A stretch of DNA of 13,672 nucleotides from Phycisphaerales bacterium (GTDB lineage: Bacteria; Planctomycetota; Phycisphaerae; WQYP01), in assembly GCA_027451365.1 (NCBI GenBank), contig DAIDJN010000028.1, positions 1 through 13,672 on the forward strand, given 5' to 3'. The position numbers and the translations under genes are program-made. Position 1 is the stretch's first letter, and each line of letters begins with the position of its first letter. This document shows, in pieces, positions 1 through 8,612 of this stretch. The notes under the pieces are model-generated. The model searched no databases, was not told the DNA's origin, and saw only the letters and a list, made by a program, of their open reading frames with translations.

Positions 1-593
<593 letters not shown>

Positions 594-636
594 GGACCGG
601 CCGGTCTTGCTTACGCGGGACCGGCCGGTTTTTTTT
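594..636 (+). terminator. Rho-independent terminator of the 16S transcript
   Basis: 15-bp GC-rich stem ACCGGCCGGTCTTGC (596-610) / GCGGGACCGGCCGGT (615-629) with two G-U pairs, TTAC loop, followed by a T run (629-636). Confidence 0.92.
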
Positions 637-674
637 ATATCCTGTCTTTTTCTGGAATTATCTCCAGATTATTT

Positions 675-703
675 TTGTAACTCTTTCCATTTTGCGATAC
701 AAT
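675..703 (+). promoter_or_regulatory. Putative sigma70 promoter of the antiporter gene
   Basis: -35 TTGTAA (675-680), 17-bp spacer, -10 TACAAT (698-703), AT-rich upstream, ~100 bp before ATG 804. Confidence 0.55.
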
Positions 704-803
704 AATGCGTCTTCGGCCTTAAGCACCCGGTTTGGAATTCGACTGCAGGCCGAACTTCATCCTTTCAGTGGCCATATTGGCTGGCTTCGTCCGGGGTACT
801 GCC

Positions 804-2975
804 ATGAATGATCCGATGCTCAGGCTTTTGCTGCAAATTGGTGTGATCATTCTGGTTGCACGCATCCTTGCGTGGCTCGTACGCTTTATTGGCCAGCCCC
901 AGGTCGTTGGCGAGATGATGGCGGGTATTGTTCTTGGGCCGTCCGTCCTGGGGTTGCTGTACCATGGCGTATGGTTAAAAATGCTATTTCCCGCCGTCGG
1001 CGGACCGGATCCTTTTCCTTATCTGAACATGCTCGCTCAGATTGGCGTCATGTTCTTTATGTTTCTGGTGGGATTGGAATTCGATCTTAATTCCCTGCGC
1101 GAACAGGGCCGGCCCATTCTTATGACCGGCCTGGCAAGCCTGCTGGTCCCAATGCTAAGCGGTTTTTTGCTGTCCGCATTTTTATATTCAGAATTCCACG
1201 GAACATCTGGCGGAATGCTGGTGTTCATACTTTTTGGCGGTGCTGCCATGTGCATCACCGCATTTCCGGTGCTGGCCCGCATTATTACAGAACATAATCT
1301 GCAAAAAACATCGACCGGGGCTGTCGCACTGGCGTGCGCCGCGTTTAATGATGCCGCGGGCTGGTGTTTGCTGGCCCTGGTGCTGGCCATTTCATCCGCG
1401 GTCGGACTTGGCACACAAGCGTCCCATCCGATTCTCCATGCCTGCATGACATTGGTCTGGTCGATTGTGTTTGCGGCATTTATGTTCACCGTCATGAGGC
1501 GATTCCTGAAAAAGCTCCAGGAGCTTTATTCCACGCGTGGTTATTTGTCCAAGGGTGTAATGGCCAGCATTTTTCTGCTGATCGTCGCGTGCAGTTTTGT
1601 CACTCAATGGATCGGTATTCAGGCGATTTTCGGCGCCTTTTTGCTCGGCGCGGCGATGCCGGCCGAAGGCAGATTCGTGCGGCACATATCCGAAAAGGTG
1701 GAAGATTTTTCCCTTCTGTTTCTGTTACCTGTCTTTTTTGCCTATACCGGCTTGCGCACGCGAATCGGTCTGCTGGATTCATCCCATCTGTGGATCATTT
1801 GCGGCCTGGTAATCGGCGTGGCCACGGCATCCAAATTTTTTGCCAGCTCGCTTGCCGCTCGCTGCACCGGAATGCGCTGGAGGCAAGCCGGTGTAATTGG
1901 CGCCTTGATGAACGCTCGCGGTCTGGTGGAACTGATTGTTCTGAATATCGGGCTGTCACTCCATGTGCTTTCACCCGAGCTTTTTACAATTTTGGTTGTC
2001 ATGGCGCTGGTCACGACGTTTGTCACTACGCCGCTGATGTATGCGATTTATCCGCCGAAGGCTCTCCGCCGAGACGAAGGAAATGATACCGCGCCCTCCG
2101 GCACTGCCGAACAGCGTATCGTGGTCAGTGTGTCCTCGCCGCTTAGCGCGCGGGGGCTTTTGCAGGCCGGTGCGCTGCTTCTTGGCGGCGAAAACCGCCA
2201 GCTTTATGCCCTGCACCTGGAAACTCCAGAGGAGCATGAGGCTCGCCGTAAAATGCTTCGCGATGCGGGTGATCCGCTCATCATCATGCAGAGGCGGGCC
2301 GTGAGTCTGGGAATTCCCGCTGAAATGATTCACCATGTCAGCCGCAATGTCGCCGACGATATCTGTCGCAATGCGAACGTATATAATGCGGACTGGATTG
2401 TGCTGGGGGGCCATCGCGGATTGCTGACTTCTTCGGGGCCGGTCGGCGGCGTGGCTCAGCAGGTTCTGGAAAAGGCAAACGCAAACGTCGCGATTCTTAT
2501 TGACAAAGGTTTAGGTGATGTCCAGCGGGTCCTGGTGCCATACCTCGGCGAAGCGCAGGACGCCGGCGCACTGCTGGCGGCCGAAATCATCGGCCGTCGC
2601 CTCGGCGTTCAGGTCACAATTCTGCATGTCGTCGCGCCCGAGCATTCGGACCAAAGGCACGCATTGGGCGTACGGGCACTGGTGGACCGTTACATTCCCG
2701 CTTCCGCACATAATCCAAGCGTCCGGTTCATTGTCGCGGAAAGTCTCACACCGGTTGAACCTGTGGTCGCTGAATCGGCCAATCACGATCTTCTGGTCAT
2801 TGGCATGGCGCCGCATTGGAATTTAAAGCAGGGGCTTCTGGGCCGGTCGCAAAGTTCCGTCGCTCAGCGCAGCGCCTGTTCAGTTCTGATTGTTCAAACC
2901 GTCAATCGGGCGGCGGAACATTCCGCAGGTCAGGCGATCCGTTCCGATACTCGGCCGCCAATGACCCGTGAATAG
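804..2975 (+). CDS. Cation:proton antiporter (CPA2, CHX/KHA1/Kef-type) with C-terminal USP-like domains, ~723 aa
   Basis: Na_H_Exchanger motifs GQPQVVGEMMAGIVLGPS, FFMFLVGLEFD, ITAFPVLARII, FLLPVFFAYTGLRT and LMNARGLVELIVLNIG; about 12 hydrophobic segments; soluble tail with USP-like motifs (ADWIVLGGH, VTILHVV, HDLLVIG, CSVLIVQ). ATG 804 (MNDPMLRLL) is preferred over the TTG at 732. Confidence 0.93.
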   Translation: MNDPMLRLLLQIGVIILVARILAWLVRFIGQPQVVGEMMAGIVLGPSVLGLLYHGVWLKMLFPAVGGPDPFPYLNMLAQIGVMFFMFLVGLEFDLNSLREQGRPILMTGLASLLVPMLSGFLLSAFLYSEFHGTSGGMLVFILFGGAAMCITAFPVLARIITEHNLQKTSTGAVALACAAFNDAAGWCLLALVLAISSAVGLGTQASHPILHACMTLVWSIVFAAFMFTVMRRFLKKLQELYSTRGYLSKGVMASIFLLIVACSFVTQWIGIQAIFGAFLLGAAMPAEGRFVRHISEKVEDFSLLFLLPVFFAYTGLRTRIGLLDSSHLWIICGLVIGVATASKFFASSLAARCTGMRWRQAGVIGALMNARGLVELIVLNIGLSLHVLSPELFTILVVMALVTTFVTTPLMYAIYPPKALRRDEGNDTAPSGTAEQRIVVSVSSPLSARGLLQAGALLLGGENRQLYALHLETPEEHEARRKMLRDAGDPLIIMQRRAVSLGIPAEMIHHVSRNVADDICRNANVYNADWIVLGGHRGLLTSSGPVGGVAQQVLEKANANVAILIDKGLGDVQRVLVPYLGEAQDAGALLAAEIIGRRLGVQVTILHVVAPEHSDQRHALGVRALVDRYIPASAHNPSVRFIVAESLTPVEPVVAESANHDLLVIGMAPHWNLKQGLLGRSQSSVAQRSACSVLIVQTVNRAAEHSAGQAIRSDTRPPMTRE

Positions 2976-3005
2976 CCAAGGGCGACCTGTTCAAATATTT
3001 CACAT

Positions 3006-3035
3006 TTCGCCTCGTAATTTTTTTTTACAGGCGAA
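3006..3035. terminator. Hairpin between convergent genes (possible terminator)
   Basis: TTCGCCT(C)GTAA / TTACAGGCGAA inverted repeat with a T-rich loop in the 66-bp gap between convergent stop codons. Not a canonical U-tailed terminator. Confidence 0.4.
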
Positions 3036-3041
3036 CCCTGT

Positions 3042-5231
3042 TCACAGCGCGGGGAGCAATCCTTCGTGCCGCACAGTCCAGTTGCCGTTGGCGGGAAAGC
3101 CCGGAGCCGGCCGATCAGCGGCGCCGCGCCAGCCCGCCGCCATCAGGGCTATTGCGTACAATAGGCCCCCATTGCCGGGCAGGTAACATGGCAGTCCCGG
3201 CCCCTGATAATTGTGTCCGTTGGGAAGATAACGGTTTTTGCCTTCGTCCATAAGTAGAATATCAACGGCGTGCTCGGTCATGCCGAGTCTGGCGGCGGTC
3301 ATGGTCATCAGCGGATAATCCCAGCCCCAGGTGCTCGGCCAGTTCCACATCTTCAGAACCTTTTTCAGGGTTCGCCGCATAGTGGCACGATCTGCCACGC
3401 CGCCATCCAGCATTCCCAATGGCGCCAGCAGGCAAGGGTGGGAAACGGCGTGGCCGGGCAGAGTAAATGTTTCCAGGGAAGTGGCTCCATTAACATAAAG
3501 ACCGTTTTGAACCGCCAGTGGTGGAAGTCCGTCCCGTACGCGGCGCCAGTGCGGGTCGGACTTTAACCCCAGCCGTTGTCGCCAAGTCTGGGCAATTCCC
3601 AAGGCCCAATGCCAGTAGGCCACTTCAAAATTTGGATCCCGGTGGCGTTCAAAATCACGATAAGTTTCGGCCGCATCATATACCGGAGGCCCCAACTGAT
3701 AGCGCCCGGTCTTTTGGGACTTGCAGGCAAAGCTGGCCAGAAATTCCGCTGTGGCAAAAACGCGGTCCTTATACAGATTCAATGTTCGCAAATCGGGCCG
3801 CGCCTGATAGCAAAGTTCCGCATACGCCATCTGATGCGGCTGCTGCCATATCAGCGTTGCTTCAATATTCTGCGGAGCCTGTTCTCCCGAAGGCCCGCAG
3901 CTTTTGGGCCACCGGGCACCGCGATATCCCTGTGCGGAAGCACGCGCTTCGGCGGCCGGCAAGATCTTTTCATAAAAGGACAGGCTGCGTTCCAGCAGCG
4001 ACGCCTGGTTCCAGAGCGCAAAATGTGCACCATGCCACCAGTGCATTTCCAGATGGAATTTGCCAAACCAGGAATTGCAGGTCAAACCGGTTTCCTGCGG
4101 CGGCAAGTGACCGCTGCAGTTAATGCGCGTCAGGTACTTCGAAAGTACAATTCTGCGTTCCAGTTCCATCCATCGCGTATCCCGGCTTTGGGAAAGATCC
4201 ACCGCACCGCCGGAACACCAGAAATTTCGCCACATTGCACCGGCGGCGGCCACCGATTCGGCCATGGACGGCAATTCAGCGGTGATAGGCTTTGGCGACC
4301 AGGCCACGGCAAATTCCAGTATGTCCTTGGCCGTTCGCGGCGCAAGAACAAAATGATGGGGTTCGGTTTGCTTTAAATCTCCGTGCTGCCATTCCGCGGC
4401 GGCACAATATTGTGTGGCGTCCAAGGTGCAGGTGAAATTCGCACGTCGTGGGCCGGTCCGTGTCATGACCGTTTTATGCGCCTGGGGATGCGACCAGTCG
4501 GCACCGTTGCCGCCCCATGCGTTGGATGCATATGGAAATGCCAGCAATATTTTTAATCGCCCCGTGCGCAGCAGTGGCGAATCAATTCGCACACCAATAT
4601 GATCCAGCTTTCCGTGGCAGCAGGTTCGCACGCGCACCGGTTGTCCGCCAAATATAAAATGACTTTCCAGTTGTCCGGTCCACAGGTCCAGCGTCTGCAC
4701 CGGTGTATGGATATCGGTCAGCGTTGCCGGTCGTCCGTTACCGTCCGTCAGAATCAGGCCGATCCTGCCCAGATTCATGCGGGTGGTCCGGGCGTAAAGA
4801 AAATTGGCCTCGTTTATCAGGTCAGGCGTGCGTCCGCTTAACAGATACGGCACCGGCCGGCCGCAGCAATCCTTCAGCAGCGTGGTCGGATAGGTCGAAT
4901 CTGTCCAGTCGTGAGGATCCAGCTGGTTATGCCAGCCCCAGTGCGAGAGAGTTGAAAGCGGGATTCCACGGTTGTAGTCGTTCTGAAATGTCTGCAACCC
5001 GGTAATGTCCGCGCCAAAGGCAAAATTTCCATTCCCCACAGTAAGAACATTTAATGTATCCATATTCTTAAATGTGGGGTTGTGACGTTGCACCAGTTTA
5101 CGTCGGTCTATGTGTGGCGCCCCCGTCCGGTCGCCGGTACCGGGTACCCAAGTGGCACAGCCGTCATTGGCAAGTATGGCACCGGCGGCTATTGTGCCCA
5201 TGCCCGTTTTTAGAAAAGCTCTGCGGTCCAT
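3042..5231 (-). CDS. Tat-exported six-hairpin glycosidase-like protein (usually annotated GH65-like), ~729 aa
   Basis: Twin-arginine signal MDRRAFLK. Family-typical motifs IDRRKLVQRHNP, LTVGNGNFAFGADITGLQTF, PPQETGLTCNSWFGKFHLEMHWWH, LIWQQPH, WGWDYP and YLPGNGGLL. ATG at 5231 has an AAGGA SD; the ORF track starts at 5285. Substrate cannot be assigned. Confidence 0.8.
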   Translation of the reverse strand: MDRRAFLKTGMGTIAAGAILANDGCATWVPGTGDRTGAPHIDRRKLVQRHNPTFKNMDTLNVLTVGNGNFAFGADITGLQTFQNDYNRGIPLSTLSHWGWHNQLDPHDWTDSTYPTTLLKDCCGRPVPYLLSGRTPDLINEANFLYARTTRMNLGRIGLILTDGNGRPATLTDIHTPVQTLDLWTGQLESHFIFGGQPVRVRTCCHGKLDHIGVRIDSPLLRTGRLKILLAFPYASNAWGGNGADWSHPQAHKTVMTRTGPRRANFTCTLDATQYCAAAEWQHGDLKQTEPHHFVLAPRTAKDILEFAVAWSPKPITAELPSMAESVAAAGAMWRNFWCSGGAVDLSQSRDTRWMELERRIVLSKYLTRINCSGHLPPQETGLTCNSWFGKFHLEMHWWHGAHFALWNQASLLERSLSFYEKILPAAEARASAQGYRGARWPKSCGPSGEQAPQNIEATLIWQQPHQMAYAELCYQARPDLRTLNLYKDRVFATAEFLASFACKSQKTGRYQLGPPVYDAAETYRDFERHRDPNFEVAYWHWALGIAQTWRQRLGLKSDPHWRRVRDGLPPLAVQNGLYVNGATSLETFTLPGHAVSHPCLLAPLGMLDGGVADRATMRRTLKKVLKMWNWPSTWGWDYPLMTMTAARLGMTEHAVDILLMDEGKNRYLPNGHNYQGPGLPCYLPGNGGLLYAIALMAAGWRGAADRPAPGFPANGNWTVRHEGLLPAL

Positions 5232-5302
5232 TATTCCATCCTTGCCTTCAAGTGAGCCGCGAAACAGGATATTGCCCATTGCCACTTTCCCGGCATTCGC
5301 CC

Positions 5303-5329
5303 ATTATAGCGATCCAACAAGATGTTCAA
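5303..5329 (-). promoter_or_regulatory. Putative sigma70 promoter of the glycosidase gene
   Basis: On the minus strand, TTGAAC (5329-5324), 15 bp, then a perfect TATAAT (5308-5303). The spacer is short. Confidence 0.4.
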
Positions 5330-5582
5330 TCGAACCATTGGCTGTGTGGGTGACACGATATGCCGGGGGCATTGGTGGAAGAAGAACGGCGGCTCATGGA
5401 TGAGCGACCTGCGCCCTTTTCTTCCAAAACCAGCTGTGTGAATTCCAACAATCGAAAGCCCTTTTTCACTCCGTTTTTTCTTCGTGTCATTGTGGTGAAA
5501 ATCGGCTTTTGTTCCATGCGTATTATTCTTTGGCCATTACTCTGGTGCTGTTGGATTTAGCCGTGGTGCGTCGGCAAAAAAA

Positions 5583-5739
5583 TCACCGCTGGGGACGCGG
5601 AGGAACGCAGAGGATTTGAAATTTGTCTGCTTGGTTTGATGTCGCTGATTATTATTCCCAATGACCCGGCGCGGTCCGGGTACCAATCGCAAACCAGATG
5701 TGTTGTAACCTCTGTGATACCCTGCGTCCTGGGCGGTGA
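5583..5739. repeat. Imperfect 31-bp inverted repeat pair enclosing 95 bp (REP/MITE-like element)
   Basis: Left arm TCACCGCTGGGGACGCGGAGGAACGCAGAGG (5583-5613), right arm CCTCTGTGATACCCTGCGTCCTGGGCGGTGA (5709-5739). By hand: 23 Watson-Crick pairs, 4 G-T pairs, 4 mismatches. Confidence 0.75.
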
Positions 5740-5997
5740 ACGACGCTGCGTTAATAATAAATGAGCAGAATTTTGCGACAATATTGTGAGGATAGGCCAA
5801 CGGACGTGTGGTGTTGATGATTGCGAATGAAGAAAGGGAAAACCGTGGATACAAGATTCACCGTCATAAGCGATGCAACGCAGCCGCATGAGCGAGCCTC
5901 GAAACTGCCGGGACTGTCTCCAGCGCAGCGAATGGTAAAACAATGGAAAACCCTGTATTTACAGGTGCTTTGCAAAGTTTGTGCGGGGAATTTTGGC

Positions 5998-6828
5998 TTA
6001 ATATTCCGTTACGATATTTTTTATCTGCACGCCACCATAAGGAATGGATGCCGCGTGCCCATCGCAATACAGCACATTGCCCTGGCCATTGGTTGCCGAA
6101 GACGACATATGCCGGAACCGCAAGCCCGTTCCAAAAATAAAATTCGATCCAAAATCGGTATTTCCGGTTGAGTTGCCGGTCAGACCCTTGGCCGGTATGT
6201 GATAGTCCGGATTGCCCAGATAGGGGGCGGCAAAGCCATCCTCCTGCCAGTCAAAAATCGGCCATGCGCTTCCAGAAGGCGAATATTGATTCGCGTCGCC
6301 AATGGCGATAGTCTGTGCGGGGCGCGGAATCGCGGAAAGTTTTTGGAGCGGCCACCAGTCCGGATCGCCGGCATTTGAATTGCTTGTAGTAAAAGGATCA
6401 TATTTGAATACGTTTGGATTTGCCGCATATGTAAAATCCCACATGTTGTTGATGGGATTGACGCTTGCCGGACAGACATACAGGCCGGCAAACGCATGTT
6501 GCAGGCCGTTAGGCGGAGGCCAGTTACCGCTCCGCTGGCTTTCATTGTAATTAAACAGCATGGCGTACCAGTTGTTGCCAGTGTTGCCACCCGGATCGTA
6601 ACCAAATGGCACCGCGTCCTGGTAGCTGCTTGCATATTCGTTCAGGATTTGCCCCATAGATCGCAGATTGGCAAGGCATTGTGTACTCATCCCCAATTGA
6701 TGAGCCATGCCCAGCGCCGGCAGCAACAGGGCTATCAGCACCGCGATAATGCTGATGACGACCAGCATTTCGATCAGTGTAAACGCACGATGAATAGGCC
6801 TGCGCCGGCCGGTTCGCAATCTTGCCAT
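5998..6828 (-). CDS. Prepilin-type N-terminal cleavage/methylation domain protein, DUF1559 / H-X9-DG family, ~276 aa
   Basis: Basic leader, then AFTLIEMLVVISIIAVLIALLLPAL, then QCLANLRSMG, YVCPAS and C-terminal RFRH...GNVLYCDGHA. ATG 6828 has an AGGTG SD; the ORF track starts at 6915. Confidence 0.93.
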   Translation of the reverse strand: MARLRTGRRRPIHRAFTLIEMLVVISIIAVLIALLLPALGMAHQLGMSTQCLANLRSMGQILNEYASSYQDAVPFGYDPGGNTGNNWYAMLFNYNESQRSGNWPPPNGLQHAFAGLYVCPASVNPINNMWDFTYAANPNVFKYDPFTTSNSNAGDPDWWPLQKLSAIPRPAQTIAIGDANQYSPSGSAWPIFDWQEDGFAAPYLGNPDYHIPAKGLTGNSTGNTDFGSNFIFGTGLRFRHMSSSATNGQGNVLYCDGHAASIPYGGVQIKNIVTEY

Positions 6829-7090
6829 GATAGATACACCTGTCACAACTTCTGACATTCCCTGACGCATATTTATCGGCATGGCAGACTGCCGCCATGA
6901 CAGAATTGAGGGCAAACGGAGGAACTTTCAATCAGGGTTTTCGCCGATAATCCGCATGCGAGCCGCAGTTAAGGAATAAGGGGAATATTTCCGGACGTCG
7001 GCGGGTGTACCTGCATTTGCGTGTCGCATACAATGCCCTACCGGAAACAGATGGCTGGTCCGGGCGGAACTTCCCGGCAGAGGATGTCAA

Positions 7091-8608
7091 TTGGCGGCGG
7101 CAACAGATCCATCGGATTATCCCGAACTGCGCGAAGCGGATGCGGCGGGGCTGGTGACCCCACAGGCGACGCGGCCGGTCGGTCGGCCGTCGGAAATGGG
7201 GAATGCCAAATCAGGCCGTAAAAGCCTGGTGACGGGGGAGCCTACCTATGGCCTGATTTTACGCATTGCCGCGCCCGCGATTGGCGAACAGGTGCTGGGC
7301 GCTTTAATTGGCCTGACGGATGTTGTGATTGCCGGGCATTTGCCGGGAAACGCGGACGTAGTTTCCGCCGCGAGTGCCGCCGTTGGCCTGATGACATATT
7401 TGCAGTGGTTTGCAGGCTTAATGACCGCGGCGATGGCCACCGGGGCGACGGCGATTGTGTCGCGGGCGATCGGATCGCGGAAAATAAGGGTGGCCAACCG
7501 GGTCGCGGGCACCGCGATTTCCGCGGCATTTATCGTATCCGTAAGCACCTCAATTTTGATGTTCATTTTTGCGCAGCAGATTGCGACCGGATGTGGTTTG
7601 ACCGGGCTTGCGGCGGTATTCGCCGCGCAATATCTGCGGATCATGGTGATAACCATAAGCCTTCAGACATCAGGCCAGATCGGCATGGCGGCGGTGCGCG
7701 GAGCCGGCGACACTGTGCGACCGATGCGAATTACGCTGCTGGTGATGCTGGTAAATCTGGTTACTTCCAGTGTGTTTACGTTTGGATGGCTTGGCGCGCC
7801 GGCATGGGGCATTCAGGGTGATGCGTTCGGCACAATGCTGGCATACCTCGCGGGGGGAATATGCACAGCTGTGGTGTTGCTGGGAAATTCTACCCCGTTG
7901 CGCATACGGCTGCGGCATTTGAAAATAGTTCCGCATGTTCTGATGCGGATTCTGCGGATCGGTGTGCCAAGCTGGCTGGAAGGCATTCTGCTGTGGGGTG
8001 GCCAATTCCTGATTGTGATTTTTGTCATGAATGTCCGGACGGATCCCAATGGGTTTACGCTTGCCGCCCACAGCGTGGTGCTGCGAATTGAATCACTTTC
8101 CTTTTTGCCGGGGTTTGGGTTTCAGATTGCCGCTTCGGCGCTGGTGGGCCAGTATCTGGGAGCGGGCAAACCGCGGGAGGCAAAGCGGGCGGCCATTCTG
8201 GCCAACACGTTGGGCTGCCTGACAATGACTCTTCTGGCATTGCCAATGGTTCTGGCACCGCATTTTATGCTTTCGCTGCTGGTCAATTCGCCGCCAGTGG
8301 TGGCAGTGGGCCTGTGGCCAATGATAATCGCCGGGCTGGCGCAGCCAGGCTTTGCGGTGGCGATTGTGCTGTCCGGCGCGATTCGGGGCGCTGGCGAAAC
8401 CGTGCTGCCTATGATTAACACAGTAACGGGAATTTTTATTGTGCGGTTGGGCGTGTTGGGAATCTGTTTGTGGTACATGGCGGCGCACCAGATTTCTGGT
8501 GCCAATTTAACCGCAGTCTGGATCGCTATTTTTGTGGACTTAAACTATCGGGCGCTGTTCAGCTATGTCATATTTCATCGCGACAAATGGCTTTCGCATA
8601 AGGTCTGA
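7091..8608 (+). CDS. MATE family efflux transporter (NorM/DinF-like), ~505 aa
   Basis: LILRIAAPAIGEQ, duplicated RGAGDTVRPM / RGAGETVLPM, VSRAIGS / LVGQYLGAG, ILRIGVPS, RIESLSFLPGFGFQIAA; about 12 TM segments. TTG start has a GAGGA SD (7080-7084); ATG 7196 is an alternative. Confidence 0.95.
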   Translation: MAAATDPSDYPELREADAAGLVTPQATRPVGRPSEMGNAKSGRKSLVTGEPTYGLILRIAAPAIGEQVLGALIGLTDVVIAGHLPGNADVVSAASAAVGLMTYLQWFAGLMTAAMATGATAIVSRAIGSRKIRVANRVAGTAISAAFIVSVSTSILMFIFAQQIATGCGLTGLAAVFAAQYLRIMVITISLQTSGQIGMAAVRGAGDTVRPMRITLLVMLVNLVTSSVFTFGWLGAPAWGIQGDAFGTMLAYLAGGICTAVVLLGNSTPLRIRLRHLKIVPHVLMRILRIGVPSWLEGILLWGGQFLIVIFVMNVRTDPNGFTLAAHSVVLRIESLSFLPGFGFQIAASALVGQYLGAGKPREAKRAAILANTLGCLTMTLLALPMVLAPHFMLSLLVNSPPVVAVGLWPMIIAGLAQPGFAVAIVLSGAIRGAGETVLPMINTVTGIFIVRLGVLGICLWYMAAHQISGANLTAVWIAIFVDLNYRALFSYVIFHRDKWLSHKV

Positions 8609-8612
8609 CGGG

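Noticed and set aside
3270..5005. Long + strand ORFs (3518-4123, 3576-4376 and others)
   Set aside because: Antisense shadows of the glycosidase gene in GC-rich DNA, with no recognisable domains.
5583..5739. CRISPR array or intact IS element
   Set aside because: The repeats are inverted and degenerate rather than direct with spacers; no cas or transposase gene is present.
5326..6171. Short overlapping ORFs in the intergenic gap (5537-5854, 5557-5943, 5821-6171)
   Set aside because: No motifs. The SSAFLRVPSG stretch is just the translated repeat arm. A small gene cannot be fully excluded.
6905..6950. c-di-GMP-I riboswitch suggested by GGGCAAAC
   Set aside because: The downstream GACGCAAA/P2 elements are absent, and the motif is on the opposite strand to the adjacent pilin-like gene.
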